A stretch of 64,000 bases of DNA from Octopus sinensis (Eukaryota): positions 104,346,001-104,410,000 of the forward strand of contig NC_042999.1 in NCBI RefSeq assembly GCF_006345805.1, read 5' to 3'. The notes under the pieces are model-generated. The model made no database searches. It was not told where the DNA came from and saw only the letters and a program-made list of their open reading frames with translations. Each line of letters starts with the position of its first letter. Position 1 is the first letter of the stretch. Position numbers and translations under genes: made by a program. Below are positions 53,217-62,962 of this stretch, one piece after another.

Positions 53217-56200
53217 TGTATCTCTTTGTCTCCCCCCTCATTGCTTGACAACCGATGTTGGTGTGTTTAGTCCATGTAACTTAGCAGTTGGGCAATAGTG
53301 ACCAATAGAATAAGTACTAGGCTTACAAAGAATAAGACCTTGGGGGTGATTTGTTTGACTAAAGGCAATGCTCCAGCATAGCCGCTGTCAAATGACTGAA
53401 ACAAATAAAAGAATGAAAGATTAGTATACCAGACTACATTTGAACTTTATACTTTTCTTTCTAAACTAAGAATAATAATGCTCTTATCCACTTGGCCAGT
53501 GTTTTCATTGTGGGTTCTAGGAAAAAATTCTGATGTCCTGCAAGATAAGGTGGCTTTTAATTTGATAGAATTTGATACAATCTTATTTTCTAAAACTAAT
53601 GTTAAAACCCGTTTTTATATCTTTCATCTTTTACTTCAGTCATTAAACTGCAGCCATGCTGGAGCATCTTCATGAAGGGTTTTAGTCAAACAAATCGACC
53701 CTAGTACTTATTGTTTATTCTTAAGTCTGGTACTTATTCTATCGGTCTCTTTTGCCAAACTGCTAAGTTATGGGGAGTTAAACATATCAAGACCAGTTGT
53801 CAAGTCATGGTGGAGGACAAACTCAAACAGAGAGACATGTAATTTTTATATGAATAAACTCTCTCTGAAATAAATTTGATTTAATTTCATAACATTTGGA
53901 AATTATAGTGATGGTGGTGGTGTTTATAAAATATAGGTATAATTCTGCAATTTTTAGAAAATCCAGTTATAGCTTTTGTGGCGAAATGTTTGGAAATCAC
54001 TGCACTTAACATTGCATTGATGCATTTAAAACAAGGGCTTTCTTTTTCTTTTTTATGCTGTTGTACCAGCATCAGTGGCCAAATGGATAATTATTACTCT
54101 TAAATTAGTATCAAGGATTTCTAGTTTGAATCCAGTGTAGTTCAGTTATAAATATCTAGAAATAAAATTTTTGATAATGACAGATGAAACCAGTCAAAAG
54201 ACTCTGTGTGTGTGTGTGTTTGTAAATACATATGTACTGCACTCTTGTGCAACTACTCACCCTGCCTGGAACCACTGCCTTTGTCTCCTGTATTCTCAGG
54301 GAACCACTTCCAAGTCTCCAGCATTCTTATTCCTTACCACCTTATTTTTCACTAACGGTCTCTTTTGTCTCCCTTCACTGCTCATTCTACCCTTACAACC
54401 TCTGTTCATCTCCCACTATTTCCACCTCTATGCACCTCTTGCATCCCACCACCAAACATTTAAAATTATCTATGCTACCACATATTACCTCTCTGACTCA
54501 CTTCTAATTCCCATTGTCCCCCCCCCCCTGACATTTGTCACTGACCATGCCTCCACTTGACTTCATCATTCACTGCATTCACCTCTATCCCCATCTCTAT
54601 CCAACTGCTGTTATCCTTTCATACTTTTATGAACTACCTATGCGTTCTTCTTGTTCAATGTTCTTGACCACTTCTATCACAGCTACCTTCTTGGAATTTG
54701 AGGGTACTCCCTGACATCGCTTTACCATTATCTTCTCTTGTTTTCCAACTGGGGTAGCCATGTATCTTCTCTATAGTAAGACAACTGTTCCTGTCTCTCA
54801 TTACCTGGCACAAAGCCTCCTCCCTCAATGCTACACCTGCATCAGTTTAAGGGTTTTTCTTTTGCAAGTTTGTTGGTGACCTTACTAGTGCTGGTGCCAT
54901 ATAGAAAAGCACCTAGTACCCTCTGTGAAGTGGTTGGCATTAGGAAGGGTGTCTAGCTGTAGAAATCATGCTAATGCAGATATTGGAGCTTGGCACAGTC
55001 TTCTGGCATGTCAGTTCCTGTCAAACTATCAAACCCATGCCAGCATGGAAAATGGATATTAAACAGTGATGATGATGATGATATATGTATAGCATATAGT
55101 TATATCTTTCTTTTTACCTTGGGTCCTCAAGTCTTGATGGAGTCATAGGTGTGCTTTTGTAACATATGGTATGTCTTAGGCAAGTTCTAAGAAAATCCGG
55201 TACAACAAATTCCATCTGAATGCAAGCATGGGAAAGTGGATGTTAAATGATGATGTTAATGCTACTGCTGCTGATATATAATCATCAGGAAAGATGAAGT
55301 TGAATAGAATCCTAAAATTATAATATTCATAATAATTCAGTAAACCCATATTGAATAGTTAGATGTTTAAAAGTAAATACATTGACTGAATATTTAAGAT
55401 TTTGAACAGCTTAGAATCATCTTGTCTCTCATTTTTTGAAGAGAATTATTAATCTGTGAGATTATGAAATAAGAAAGAAAGTGAAACCTTATTCTCATCC
55501 ACCTTTCCTCCATTATCACTTTTAAAATTAGATGGAAATTGCCTAAAATTTAATATCCAGCAACAACAAGAAGAAAACTAACCCATTGTCTTTTTTCTTT
55601 TTTTTTTTTAAATTTGCCCTTCTTCCCTTATAGTTCTTGAGTTAGCTTTGCAACAAATTTTATGATTGATGTCCTTAAAAAATTTTTCGGGCTAAAAACC
55701 TTATTAATATTTTGAACTAAATTTTGAAAAGCATATTACAGCTGCTCAGTACTAAAGAAACAAATATAATTTGGTGGAAATCACATAAATGGAATTTAAT
55801 CTAATGTTATCAGAATAAACTTCAGAGAACCTTGTTATATTTTTCTTCAAAAATCTGAACTAAATTTGATAACACTGTCAAGAAAACAATCTAGAAGGGA
55901 TTATTAAAAACAAAAAGAAAAGAAAAAACAAAGAAAGCAACAACAGATGTCTTGAAAGTGAACAATTCTCCTGTGTTAGAATAATATTTGTTTTCCATTT
56001 ATAATTTGAAATTATCTTTAGTGTATATAGTTTAAAAATTATAAATCAATTTACACTGATGTGTGCAAAGTTTTCAAAGCATAAAGAGCATTTCAAGTTT
56101 GTAATGGAAATTTCTTATCTCAAATGTTTCAATATTTTGCTTGATTGTTTGTATATAGGGAAAAAATGTTTTGTAATTTATGAAGTTGTCATAATTTTCT

Positions 56201-59123
56201 TTTATGATTTATTATTGCAAATTCAATTTCCTGAAATAATACACATGTTAGCTATAAAAATTAAAAGTTTTTCTTGTACATTTCTTTTGCACAGAAGCTG
56301 ACAATAATGTTAAAGTCCGTGTAAGTAAACTCGGGCAGGGCGGACTCTTGAATGATGAAGAAGATGTAATGGATAAAGAAAATAATAAACTAGAAGAATC
56401 TGTTAAAGAAGGATTAGAAAAAGCTGGAATACAACTATCAGGTGTGTTACAACGGCAATAGGTGGTGTTTGCACTGCCAGTAATTCTTCAGTTTTTCAGT
56501 ATTGTGTTTTGCTTTCAGAGTTAATTGATACCTTTTTTGTTTTAATATTTTTTTCTAGTATTTAATCTGTGGGTGCAGATGCTGCTGTGTGGTTAAGAAG
56601 TTTACTTCTCAACTGCGTGGTTTCAGGTTCAGTATGGAATTGGGGAGCTTGCATATGGCTTTTCAGAGTGAGGCTAACTTTGTATAATAAGTTGCCAATC
56701 CAGCCAGTATTGCAAAAGGTGATGGTCAGTGTAGGACAGATGGATAGATCAACAGGAACAAAAACATTGTTTGTTTAGTTGTGCACTGAAGATAGCTAAA
56801 CCCAAGATAGAATATTGTTTAGTTACACACACACTCACACAATGGGCTTCTGGATAGTTTCAGTTCAGTTTACTTAATCTCACTGAAATGACTGTGATAA
56901 AAGCTACATACCAAAGGTGGTATGCTTTGAGATTGAACTTGAAACTATGGATTGCAAAGGAAACTTATTCATCATGCAATCACATTATTTCTATGATTTT
57001 TTAGTTTGCTTTTACTCTATTCTGTATTTTTTATTCTCTTAGGTGATAAAGTAAAAGTACGAATTTTCTCTACCGGTTTCTCTGGGAAGGACACAATCAA
57101 GATCTCAAAGGAAGAAGCAAATGCTGTGAAGAATATGGTAATTACTGTCTTGGTAAGTAACAGACTGCAAAGATATCTCCAAAACTCTGACTAACTTCCT
57201 CATCTGTATTCTTTGATTATCTTTTACAGTGTTATTAGAAAAATCAATCAATTTCGACAGAGAGGTTTCCTATTTCTATCTTCACTTGGTTAGCATTTTA
57301 GCTATGTTTATCTGTTCTTACTTCAGTTAAAGAATGGAAGATGTCACATAGGAAGGAATTAATGGAGATTATAGCCAATTACCATCCCTGTGTGGGCATG
57401 CATGTTAGCCATTGTTATTGCTTAGCCTCAGGTCAACACTGATCAAATAGTTGTGCCTGTTCTACCTTTTTAGGAATAAGTAAGATTACCTAGTCTGCTT
57501 TGTTGTTTTGATTTTTGAAGTAACTTGCATGTGAATTGAGGAAAATTCGGCTGCTATTCCAAACAGTTTGAGTAACCATGTAAAGGTTCTCTTGCTGGCT
57601 CATACATATGTAATGTGTGTGTGTGTGAGTGTGTGTGCATGAGAGCACATTTCTGCTTGGAATGACTTCATTTTGTACATTTACTGGAATAGATGTACAA
57701 GGGGTGTACTGAAAAGCTCCTGGCTTTGAGTAAAAGAAAATACAGGAGGATCAGTTAATTATGATTTCAGTCAACATATTCCCCTCTCAGATTCACACAC
57801 TTATTGCAGTGGTCCTTCAAATTTTCTAAACTCTGTAAAAGAACCCTTAAATCCAGGAACTTCTCAGTACCCTTTGTATTGACTACACTTAATACTTACA
57901 TGCATGTCATAAATGTCACAACTTCACATTTTCATTTTTTGTTCCCATCATTAGATTATCTTTGTACCTAACCAAAATAAGTCAATGTTTATATCATGGC
58001 TCAGGGATCATGATACATACTAACACATGTATATAGAACCAAATAAAATACATTACATTATTTGGTTTCATCTCATCAAGGCTCTGTGTGCAAACCTTAT
58101 CTGGGGTTAGGTTTTCTTTTTATATCTCCTATACTGATAAAATAATTTCTAGTTATACACTAGGAGCTGATCTATTTGGCTATAGTTTCTCCCTTTGCTA
58201 ACTTGCAGCCTTGTATCCTTGTTAAAAAAACATTATTTTATATCAGTAAGGCTGTGAGCAGGTAGAAGTGTTAGCACATTGGGCAAAATTCCTTGTGACA
58301 TTTCTTCCAGCTCTTTACATATTGAGTGCAACTTCCACTGACGTCAACATCACCTTCCATCTTTTCAGGCTTGGTAAAATAAAAGCACTAGTTGAGCACT
58401 GGGGTTGATGTAATTGAACTAAGCCACTTCCTCTAAAATTGCTGGCCTTGTAACATAATTTGAAATCTTTATTTTTTTTTGGTGCTTTTACTGCACAATG
58501 AAGTGTAGTTCTGTGAGCAACTTTGATAGTGTTTTGAAAGTTCTCTTTGTTAGATATGTGTATAATGCCTTGTGGTGCTAATTTATTTTTGTTTGATATA
58601 TAAGTCATGATGTGTTGGCTATGTGTTTTCTTGTCGCTGTTTAATTTACTTTAATAAGACATCTATTACTGTAGGAATAGTTCCGGTTTTTAGTTCTCAG
58701 CACTCTGGTTATCTCTATTTCCAGATCTTAATATTTAGTTTTGGAAAAAGGTAGTAAGGTGGCAGAATCATTGGCATTCTGGACAAAATGCTCAACAGAA
58801 TTTTGTCCGTCTTTATGTTCTGAGTTTCAATTCCACTGAAATTGACTTTGCTGTTCATTCTTTCAGGATTGATGTAATTGACCTACCCTCTGCCCTGAAA
58901 TTGCTGGCCTTGTGCCAAAATTTGTTTATAAGGTCTTTTAAAATTGATTATATCATCATGAGTGCTTTGGTACTTATTTTATTAACCTTGCAAGGAAAAG
59001 TGTCAAGTTCACTGAGTATAATGAGGGGTAAGCAGAAAGAGATGCTGCACTAGTTTTGCATACATCACCATTGTGCATGTGCACACACACATGTATGTGT
59101 ATATATGCAAGTGTGTGTGTGTG

Positions 59124-59162
<39 letters not shown>

Positions 59163-59713
59163 GTAAATGGATCACATTTTGAAGAGAATGGAATTATGGG
59201 ATTTATATCTACACACAGCCATTATGGATTACTGCAGAAGATTTTACTATGGACTTATATTATTTCTTCAAAATTTTTAGCCCAAGTTTGTACCAATGCA
59301 CATCTATGCCAGTAACATTTTTAAACAACATCTTTATCATATGCTTTTAAATAGCATTTAATTCACTACATGGAAATTTACCCTTTTCCTCTGATGAGTG
59401 GATGTATTACCTAATAATGATTATTAATATTAAATTTCATTTTGAAGGGTTATATATTCATGAAACGATCGTAAGATATTTCAAAGTTTTTAAATAATCA
59501 TACTTTATATATTTACATATCTATCTGTTAATACAATATTATTTTGGACGTATATCTTCTGTGATGATTTTTTGATGTAAATTTTCTTGCTTCTACTTTA
59601 TAATATATAATCACTCTTATTAAATGTCTAAACACCTTTAAGATTTTAGACATTTCCCTACCAAGAGCACTTATTCGAAATTCAATATACTGTATTCTCA
59701 TTGAATATATTTG

Positions 59714-59768
<55 letters not shown>

Positions 59769-62027
59769 GCCATATGATGATAGATCGCTAGCCACTAAAC
59801 TTCTTTTTATTTTCTCTCTTTGTTTATTTCTGTGTTCCTTTCTGTTGAAGAGCATAGGCTCGAAACATAAAAGACTTTCTCACTTCCTGAGCATTAAACT
59901 AATACATCTGTTTGTTGTTTACACACCCGTCTTCGTCTTTTTTTAAAAATATATATATATATATATCATCGTAATCATTTAATATCTGTATTTTTGTGCT
60001 GACATTGCTTGGACAGTTTGACAGGAGCTGGCAAGCTAGAGGGTTCAGCCAAGCTTTACTGTCTGTTTTGGCATGATTTTTACAGTTGGATTCCTGATGC
60101 TAATCACTTCACACAGTTGCCTGATCACTTTTTACATGGTACCAGCACTGGTGAAGTCTACTTTGGCATGGTTTTTACAGCTGGATGCCCTTCCAAACAC
60201 CAACCACTTTACAGTGTGGGCTGGATGCTTTTCATAATAATAGAATGGGTTTATGGTTTCTTCATTCTACAACTATTCAGTCTCTGAACCAATGACAAAA
60301 CCTGTACATGGTCACCTGATCTGTTAGAAATTACAGCCCAATCTCTTGCAAATAACACTACTATCTAAGAAAAAGAATGAGAGTATGAATTGAATAAGTA
60401 GCAGTATATAGATATGACTCTGTGCTTTTCAACCTCATATTGTCTCAGGTTCAATCTGACTATGTGGCACCTTGGGGAGGGGGCAAGTATTTTCTACTTT
60501 ATCCCCAGGCTGAGGAAAGCCTTGTGAGTGGCTTTGGTTGATGGAAACTGAAAGAAGCCTATCATTCATATATATATATATATATATAATGGGGAGAAGT
60601 GTATTTTCATGCAGGAAAGAATATAAAAGAATTTGTTTTGGGGTGGCTGATGACAGTACCGCCGGATTGGCACCTGTGCCGGTGGCACATAACAAGCACC
60701 ATCTGAGTGTGCTGCCTTACTGGTCCTGTGTCAGTGGTACATAAAAAGCACCATTCAAGCGTGGTTGATGCCAGTACTGCCTGACTGGCCCTCATGCCGG
60801 TGGCATGTAAAAAGAACCCACTACACTCTCAGAGTGGTTGGCATTAGAAAGGGCATCCAGCTGTAGAAACTTGGTCAGATCAGATTAGAGCTTGGTGAAA
60901 CCTTCTGGCTTGCCAGTTCTCAGTCAAACCAGCATGGAAAGCAGAAATTGAATGACATTGATGATGATGATGATGTTTGAAAATGCACCTGAATGTCAAA
61001 AAGTAGTAATTTTCAAATAAATTTTACAAAATTTAAAAACGACTGTGCTTTGAGATTCAGGTACATTTTCAAATCCTCAAGCAAATTCTCCTACACACAC
61101 ACACACACACACATTTATGTGTGCGTTACTGTTTCCTTGCCTTGGCTTCATATAATTGTTGTAAAGAAAAGACACTGTTATGCAAGTGGTGTCCTTTCTT
61201 TCTTATCTTTCATGAAAACATGTCTGGTCATGGTGAATATTACCTTACTTAGAAACTGATGAGGGTTGGGAGCTGGAAGGGCCTCCAGTTGTAGAAAATC
61301 TGCATCAATGAACACTATCCAACCAATGCAAGCATGGAAAAATGGATATTAAATGAAGGCGGTGAGCTGGCAGAAACGGTAGCACGCTGGGCGAAATGCG
61401 TAGCCGTATTTCATCTGCCGTTATGTTCCGAGTTCAAATTCCGCTGAGGTCGACTTTGCCTTTCATCCTTTCGGGGTCAATAAATTAAGTACCAGTTACG
61501 CACTGGGGTTGATATAATCAACTTAATCCATTTGTCTGTCCTTGTTTGTCCCTTCTGTGTTTAGCCCCTTGTGAGTAGTAAAGAAATAGGATATTAAATG
61601 AGGATGATGATGATGACATACTATGTCTAAATAGATGAGATGATCACTGCTGGAACTCCTTTGATCATAGATCTGCTAAGTGAGGGCTGACTTGGAGCTA
61701 TATAAGAAAAGTTACTACCGTTTCTTCTTCAATAGAATCAAATCAAATAAACTTATAAAGTTAATGGAACTGAAATTAACAAACCATTTCCTTCTATTGA
61801 GATAGCAATTTTTAAATTTTCGCTTTGGCTAAGTTATTCATTCTCTCAAGAGAATGTTGAAAAATAATTGCATGTTTTTTACATATTTTCTTCTGCAGAG
61901 CGACAACCACCAACTTCTGAAAGAAAACGAAAAACAGAAACAGCTGGAAGAAAATTATTCGTTTGTGTGGAAAGACGGTGGGAAAAAGCAGCAGTCACAG
62001 AAGGAAACTCCCAAATCAGCCACGTAG
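7295..62027 (+). CDS. OS9: Protein OS-9 homolog (ER lectin, MRH domain; ERAD). Joined CDS: 7295-7468, 8253-8316, 10713-10798, 13991-14098, 17690-17891, 21620-21691, 28600-29023, 32582-32676, 44429-44581, 46863-46970, 56295-56441, 57043-57152, 61899-62027; 5' end not in this model
   Basis: All 12 introns are GT-AG with matching phases; exons sum to 1872 nt (623 aa plus stop). Translation gives CLYK-TKDWWTYEFCYGKYIRQYH, YLGYF, RYHSQWYVNGSRCDLSGKNRRTEVRF, RIDEPETCVY (MRH with six Cys). The C-terminal KVRVSKL...GLEKAG...KVKVRI...EKQKQLEENYSFVW matches my recollection of human OS9. A single MRH domain argues against ERLEC1/XTP3-B. Confidence 0.93.
8253..8316 (+). CDS. OS9: OS9 exon, start of MRH domain (TKDWWTYEFCYGKYIRQYHLE)
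   Basis: tttcAG acceptor at 8251-8252, GT at 8317; 64 nt, phase 0/1; signature WWTYEFC. Confidence 0.96.
8461..8841 (-). mobile_element. Non-autonomous Helitron-like element, family B
   Basis: Minus strand A|TCTCTCTATATAAACGG ... GCAACGCCGGGCGATACTG-CTAG|T. Confidence 0.8.
9127..9793. mobile_element. Mariner-derived foldback: two 5' ends joined in opposite orientation
   Basis: 9127-9329 is an inverted repeat of ~9581-9793. The + strand gives GDTCSEAYAKLQEVYG and DLGMIHMSAKFVPKLL; the - strand gives TERAEQRICIKFCQKLGDICS. Confidence 0.85.
10286..10502 (-). mobile_element. piggyBac-type MITE, family 1
   Basis: TTAA|CCCTTTAGCA ... TGCTAAAGGG|TTAA; interior is the reverse complement of 4217-4437. 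Confidence 0.85.
10713..10798 (+). CDS. OS9: OS9 exon (GNPIENPPQQYTYLGYFESEYKWENRTNE)
   Basis: AG at 10711-10712, GT at 10799; 86 nt, phase 1/0; YLG motif. Confidence 0.92.
11150..11530 (-). mobile_element. Abundant short element carrying the RTE LINE 3' tail with a (GAT)n end (representative copy)
   Basis: Motifs GTGGTTGGCGTTAGGAAGGGCATCCAGCTGTAGAAAC and CCATGCTAGCATGGAGAACGGACGTTAAACGATGATGAT. Further copies near 3200, 9830, 13530, 14900, 23540, 39330, 42230, 48500, 51420, 54860, 60000, 60620. Confidence 0.8.
12233..12515 (+). mobile_element. Probable truncated hAT-type MITE
   Basis: Begins CAGTGTTTCTCAAC, a Charlie-type terminus; the matching right TIR was not found. Confidence 0.45.
13991..14098 (+). 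CDS. OS9: OS9 exon (EIILRNKHLQNRYHSQWYVNGSRCDLSGKNRRTEVR)
   Basis: AG at 13989-13990, GT at 14099; 108 nt, phase 0/0; NGS sequon and the MRH motif CDLxGxxRxxEVR. Confidence 0.95.
14495..14822 (+). mobile_element. RTE-clade LINE, 3' end of ORF
   Basis: WMCNVSVHVRQNISVLREK and a GRGRPRKTW-like segment; tail follows at ~14900-15080. Confidence 0.8.
17690..17891 (+). CDS. OS9: OS9 exon, end of MRH domain (FMCEKDTIDYVGRIDEPETCVY...CHHPYL...CNPVL...)
   Basis: tttcAG at 17688-17689, GTAAG at 17892; 202 nt, phase 0/1. Confidence 0.95.
18139..18440 (-). mobile_element. tRNA-derived SINE with a 12-bp TSD, nested in an RTE-tail element
   Basis: Head GTGGAGGCACATGGTCTAGTGG (A box) ... GGTTCGAATC (B box); TSD AAAACAGACAAT (18127-18138) / AAAACAGGCAAT (18441-18452). 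Confidence 0.85.
21620..21691 (+). CDS. OS9: OS9 exon (NEEKKKIEKIEEQIEELKNVDSTK)
   Basis: tttacAG at 21618-21619, GT at 21692; 72 nt, phase 1/1; purine-rich open frame that fits the neighbouring phases. Confidence 0.8.
23083..23467 (+). mobile_element. Non-autonomous Helitron-like element, family C
   Basis: A|TCTTTATATATAAAAG ... GCAATGCCGGGCGATACTG-CTAG|T; 3' part shared with 8461-8841. Confidence 0.8.
25474..25938. mobile_element. hAT (Charlie-like) non-autonomous element containing a nested SINE head fragment
   Basis: Ends CAGTGGTCCC... and ...GGTTGAGAATTCCCTG; 8-bp TSD TTCTATAT (25466-25473) / TTCTGTAT (25939-25946). Confidence 0.75.
27447..27738 (-). mobile_element. tRNA-headed SINE family S3 (5'-truncated copy abutting (TA)n)
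   Basis: Homologous to 25065-25400(-) and 35665-35943(+), which retain a tRNA-like head. Confidence 0.75.
28600..29023 (+). CDS. OS9: OS9 exon, acidic low-complexity region (DVDIKIIIIENPAAY...EEEEEEE...)
   Basis: ctacAG at 28598-28599, GTGAGT at 29024; 424 nt, phase 1/2; inside ORF 28548..29027. Confidence 0.9.
29437..30380. mobile_element. Non-autonomous DNA element with ~130-bp TIRs and TGT...ACA termini
   Basis: 29437-29567 pairs with 30250-30380 at about 90% by eye; AT-rich non-coding interior; no clear TSD. Confidence 0.8.
31119..31322 (+). mobile_element. piggyBac-type MITE, family 1
   Basis: TGAA|CCCTTTAGCA ... TGTTAAAGGG|TTAA; interior homologous to 4217-4437. Confidence 0.8.
32582..32676 (+). 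CDS. OS9: OS9 exon (MVEKELNDILQSEKHQEPQTETEKWMYNYLDK)
   Basis: ttccAG at 32580-32581, GTATG at 32677; 95 nt, phase 2/1, the phase-2 acceptor required by the preceding exon. Confidence 0.88.
32732..32951. mobile_element. piggyBac-type MITE, family 2
   Basis: TTAA|CCCTTTCGTTAC ... GTAACGAAAGGG|TTAA; interior differs from family 1. Confidence 0.85.
33698..34375. repeat. Tandem array of a ~220-bp unit: two near-identical copies plus one diverged copy
   Basis: ATTAAGCTTTCACTTTT starts at 33698, 33919 and 34139; copies 1 and 2 differ by one T in a homopolymer. Confidence 0.9.
37385..37941 (-). mobile_element. RTE-clade LINE reverse-transcriptase fragment (pseudogene)
   Basis: KPLYQAFLNLEKAFNRIP...LRKLGVAEWLV ... 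HADDLALIA*LAEELKRKF...KVNLTGTKVLV (YADD-type motif). Confidence 0.88.
39700..41098 (-). mobile_element. Heavily decayed RTE-clade LINE
   Basis: LDEI*LEFVLGK...LFLMRQLQEK...FLASVSFEK, QLGVKDWLVKVMEAKYRGAVSKV and ITVLKAITEKF. The part below ~40500 is much weaker. Confidence 0.7.
41100..43200 (+). mobile_element. Decayed Penelope-like element (RT, linker, C-terminal GIY-YIG endonuclease), interrupted
   Basis: KYRLIHPAKSETGFVSKNIL (41304), DSFDVRMGLYDSVKIC (41604), GLCRNDGL (41701; cf. GLYRDDGL), NFLSVTLHL, LIGKHFP...FFNRQNLKLS (~42760) and YIGMTEENSKKRFYKH (42960), in PLE order. Confidence 0.82.
43200..43604 (+). mobile_element. SINE family S1, ~400 bp with an internal microsatellite (representative copy)
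   Basis: Head GGCTGTGTGGT...GGTTCAGTCCCACT (Pol III box-like); tail GACTGAAACAAGTAAAAGA. Other copies at about 1760-2100(-), 11620-11995(-), 16540-17092(+), 17146-17483(-), 23865-24240(-), 26605-26992(+), 30410-30826(+), 47725-48128(+), 50500-50835(-), 51586-53420(+, split), 53630-53825(-). Confidence 0.8.
43858..43975. mobile_element. piggyBac-type MITE, family 3 (118 bp)
   Basis: TTAA|CCCTTTGAGCCC ... GGGCTCAAAGGG|TTAA. Confidence 0.85.
44429..44581 (+). CDS. OS9: OS9 exon (EMKKIENMIKDYSKYVKN...DPLTDT)
   Basis: tgccAG at 44427-44428, GTAAG at 44582; 153 nt, phase 1/1. Confidence 0.82.
44727..44933 (+). mobile_element. piggyBac-type MITE, family 1
   Basis: TTAA|CCCTTTAACA ... TGCTAAAGGG|TGAA; interior homologous. 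Confidence 0.8.
45612..45780 (-). mobile_element. RTE-clade RT fragment, similar to 40590-40780
   Basis: About 80% similar by eye to 40590-40780, same orientation. Confidence 0.65.
46863..46970 (+). CDS. OS9: OS9 exon (SSANDAPSPSSDPDGVTPAASDEEQTDKLSDSATDK)
   Basis: ttcAG at 46861-46862, GTGAGT at 46971; 108 nt, phase 1/1. Confidence 0.82.
50080..50468 (-). mobile_element. Non-autonomous Helitron-like element, family A (second copy)
   Basis: Minus strand A|TCTATATATATAAAGCTG ... GCAACGCCAGGCAATACTA-CTAG|T; the ORF track shows near-identical peptides at 594..842 and 50058..50309. Confidence 0.8.
51826..51876 (-). ncRNA. Second hammerhead motif (left arm), with an extra G in the core
   Basis: Minus strand CAAAAACUGU-CUGAUGGA-ACG-GCAA-CGA-GAAACUCAGAGUA-ACAGAUUUUG. 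Confidence 0.7.
53031..53080 (+). ncRNA. Minimal type I hammerhead ribozyme motif
   Basis: Stem I 5' strand CAAAAACUGU; core CUGAUGA; stem II AUG-GCAA-CGA; GAAA; stem III ACUC-A-GAGU; cleavage triplet GUA ending at 53070; stem I 3' strand ACAGAUUUUG (9 of 10 pairs). Confidence 0.8.
56295..56441 (+). CDS. OS9: OS9 exon (EADNNVKVRVSKLGQGG...GLEKAGIQLS)
   Basis: cacAG at 56293-56294, GT at 56442; 147 nt, phase 1/1; resembles human RVRVRVTKL...LLEREGL. Confidence 0.92.
57043..57152 (+). CDS. OS9: OS9 exon (GDKVKVRIFSTGF...EEANAVKNMVITVL)
   Basis: cttAG at 57041-57042, GTAAGT at 57153; 110 nt, phase 1/0. Confidence 0.9.
57696..57850 (+). mobile_element. Mariner-like transposon terminal fragment
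   Basis: Same family as 2160-2600; starts at TA with a mariner-like terminal sequence. Confidence 0.5.
61357..61588 (+). mobile_element. tRNA-related SINE family S2, young copy with a 13-bp TSD
   Basis: TSD GGATATTAAATGA at 61344-61356 and 61589-61601; GAGTTCAAAT B-box-like motif. Older copies near 12905-13290, 19040-19260, 19700-19920, 20965-21170, 26100-26300, 29160-29380, 35230-35430, 46340-46570, 49110-49330, 58250-58460, 58750-58930. Confidence 0.8.
61899..62027 (+). CDS. OS9: OS9 last coding exon (SDNHQLLKENEKQKQLEENYSFVWK...KSAT*)
   Basis: ctgcAG at 61897-61898, phase 0; stop TAG at 62025-62027; resembles human ERQRQKELESNYRRVW. Confidence 0.92.
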   Translation, partial: SDNHQLLKENEKQKQLEENYSFVWKDGGKKQQSQKETPKSAT

Positions 62028-62075
62028 TTATTCACTGAAGAGGAAAGAAATTTCAACATTGAGAAATACTGCAAC

Positions 62076-62256
62076 AATAAAATTAACAACCACCTCAGCA
62101 ACAACAACAATGACAGCCACTGCAGCAGCAACAACAACAACAACAACAACAACTGTGTCACTAGTAGTAGTAGCAGGAGCAGCAGCAGCAGTCACAACAA
62201 TAGAAATTATTACTTAATTGCTACACCTTGTTCTCCTGCTCAGCCCTTGGTCATGA

Positions 62257-62301
<45 letters not shown>

Positions 62302-62445
62302 CAGAGAGAGAGAGGGGACCGACTGGGCTCCCTTCCTTTCTCTTACCTTATTTCTTTTACCTGTACTATCACTTTCTCTCTCTCTCTCCCTTACAGACTG
62401 ATTTTTTTGTTACACTCAAACTCTTTTCAGAATCTGTCCAATAAA
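62076..62445 (+). promoter_or_regulatory. Candidate poly(A) signals AATAAA at 62076-62081 and 62440-62445
   Basis: Hexamers downstream of the OS9 stop; the motif is common in AT-rich DNA, so actual use is unknown. Confidence 0.3.
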
Positions 62446-62470
62446 TACAATCATATTATATACACATATA

Positions 62471-62517
<47 letters not shown>

Positions 62518-62916
62518 TCTCTGTCATTCCCGTATAGACATGCTTCCCTCCTCTTTGGATAGTACAGATATACATGTGTTCATGCATGCATCACTGTGCA
62601 CACATGTATCCATGTGCACATGGATATGTAGACAGATATGGATGTTTTCATGCATGCATATCTGTGCATCTGTAAGACATACATACAGTTCTTCATTTTT
62701 TCTGTGTCACACACACACTCACACACACACACTCACACACACACACACACACAATTTCCGCCTAAATTCTCTCTCAAACACATACATAATTCAATGTCTC
62801 CATGCTTACATGCAAACAGACATGGCATATTTACAGACCATGTACTCTAAACGTCTTCATGCACTTTCCTGTTCTAAATGACATACTCTTCTCAGCCACT
62901 CCACACCTTTCGGTCC

Positions 62917-62962
<46 letters not shown>

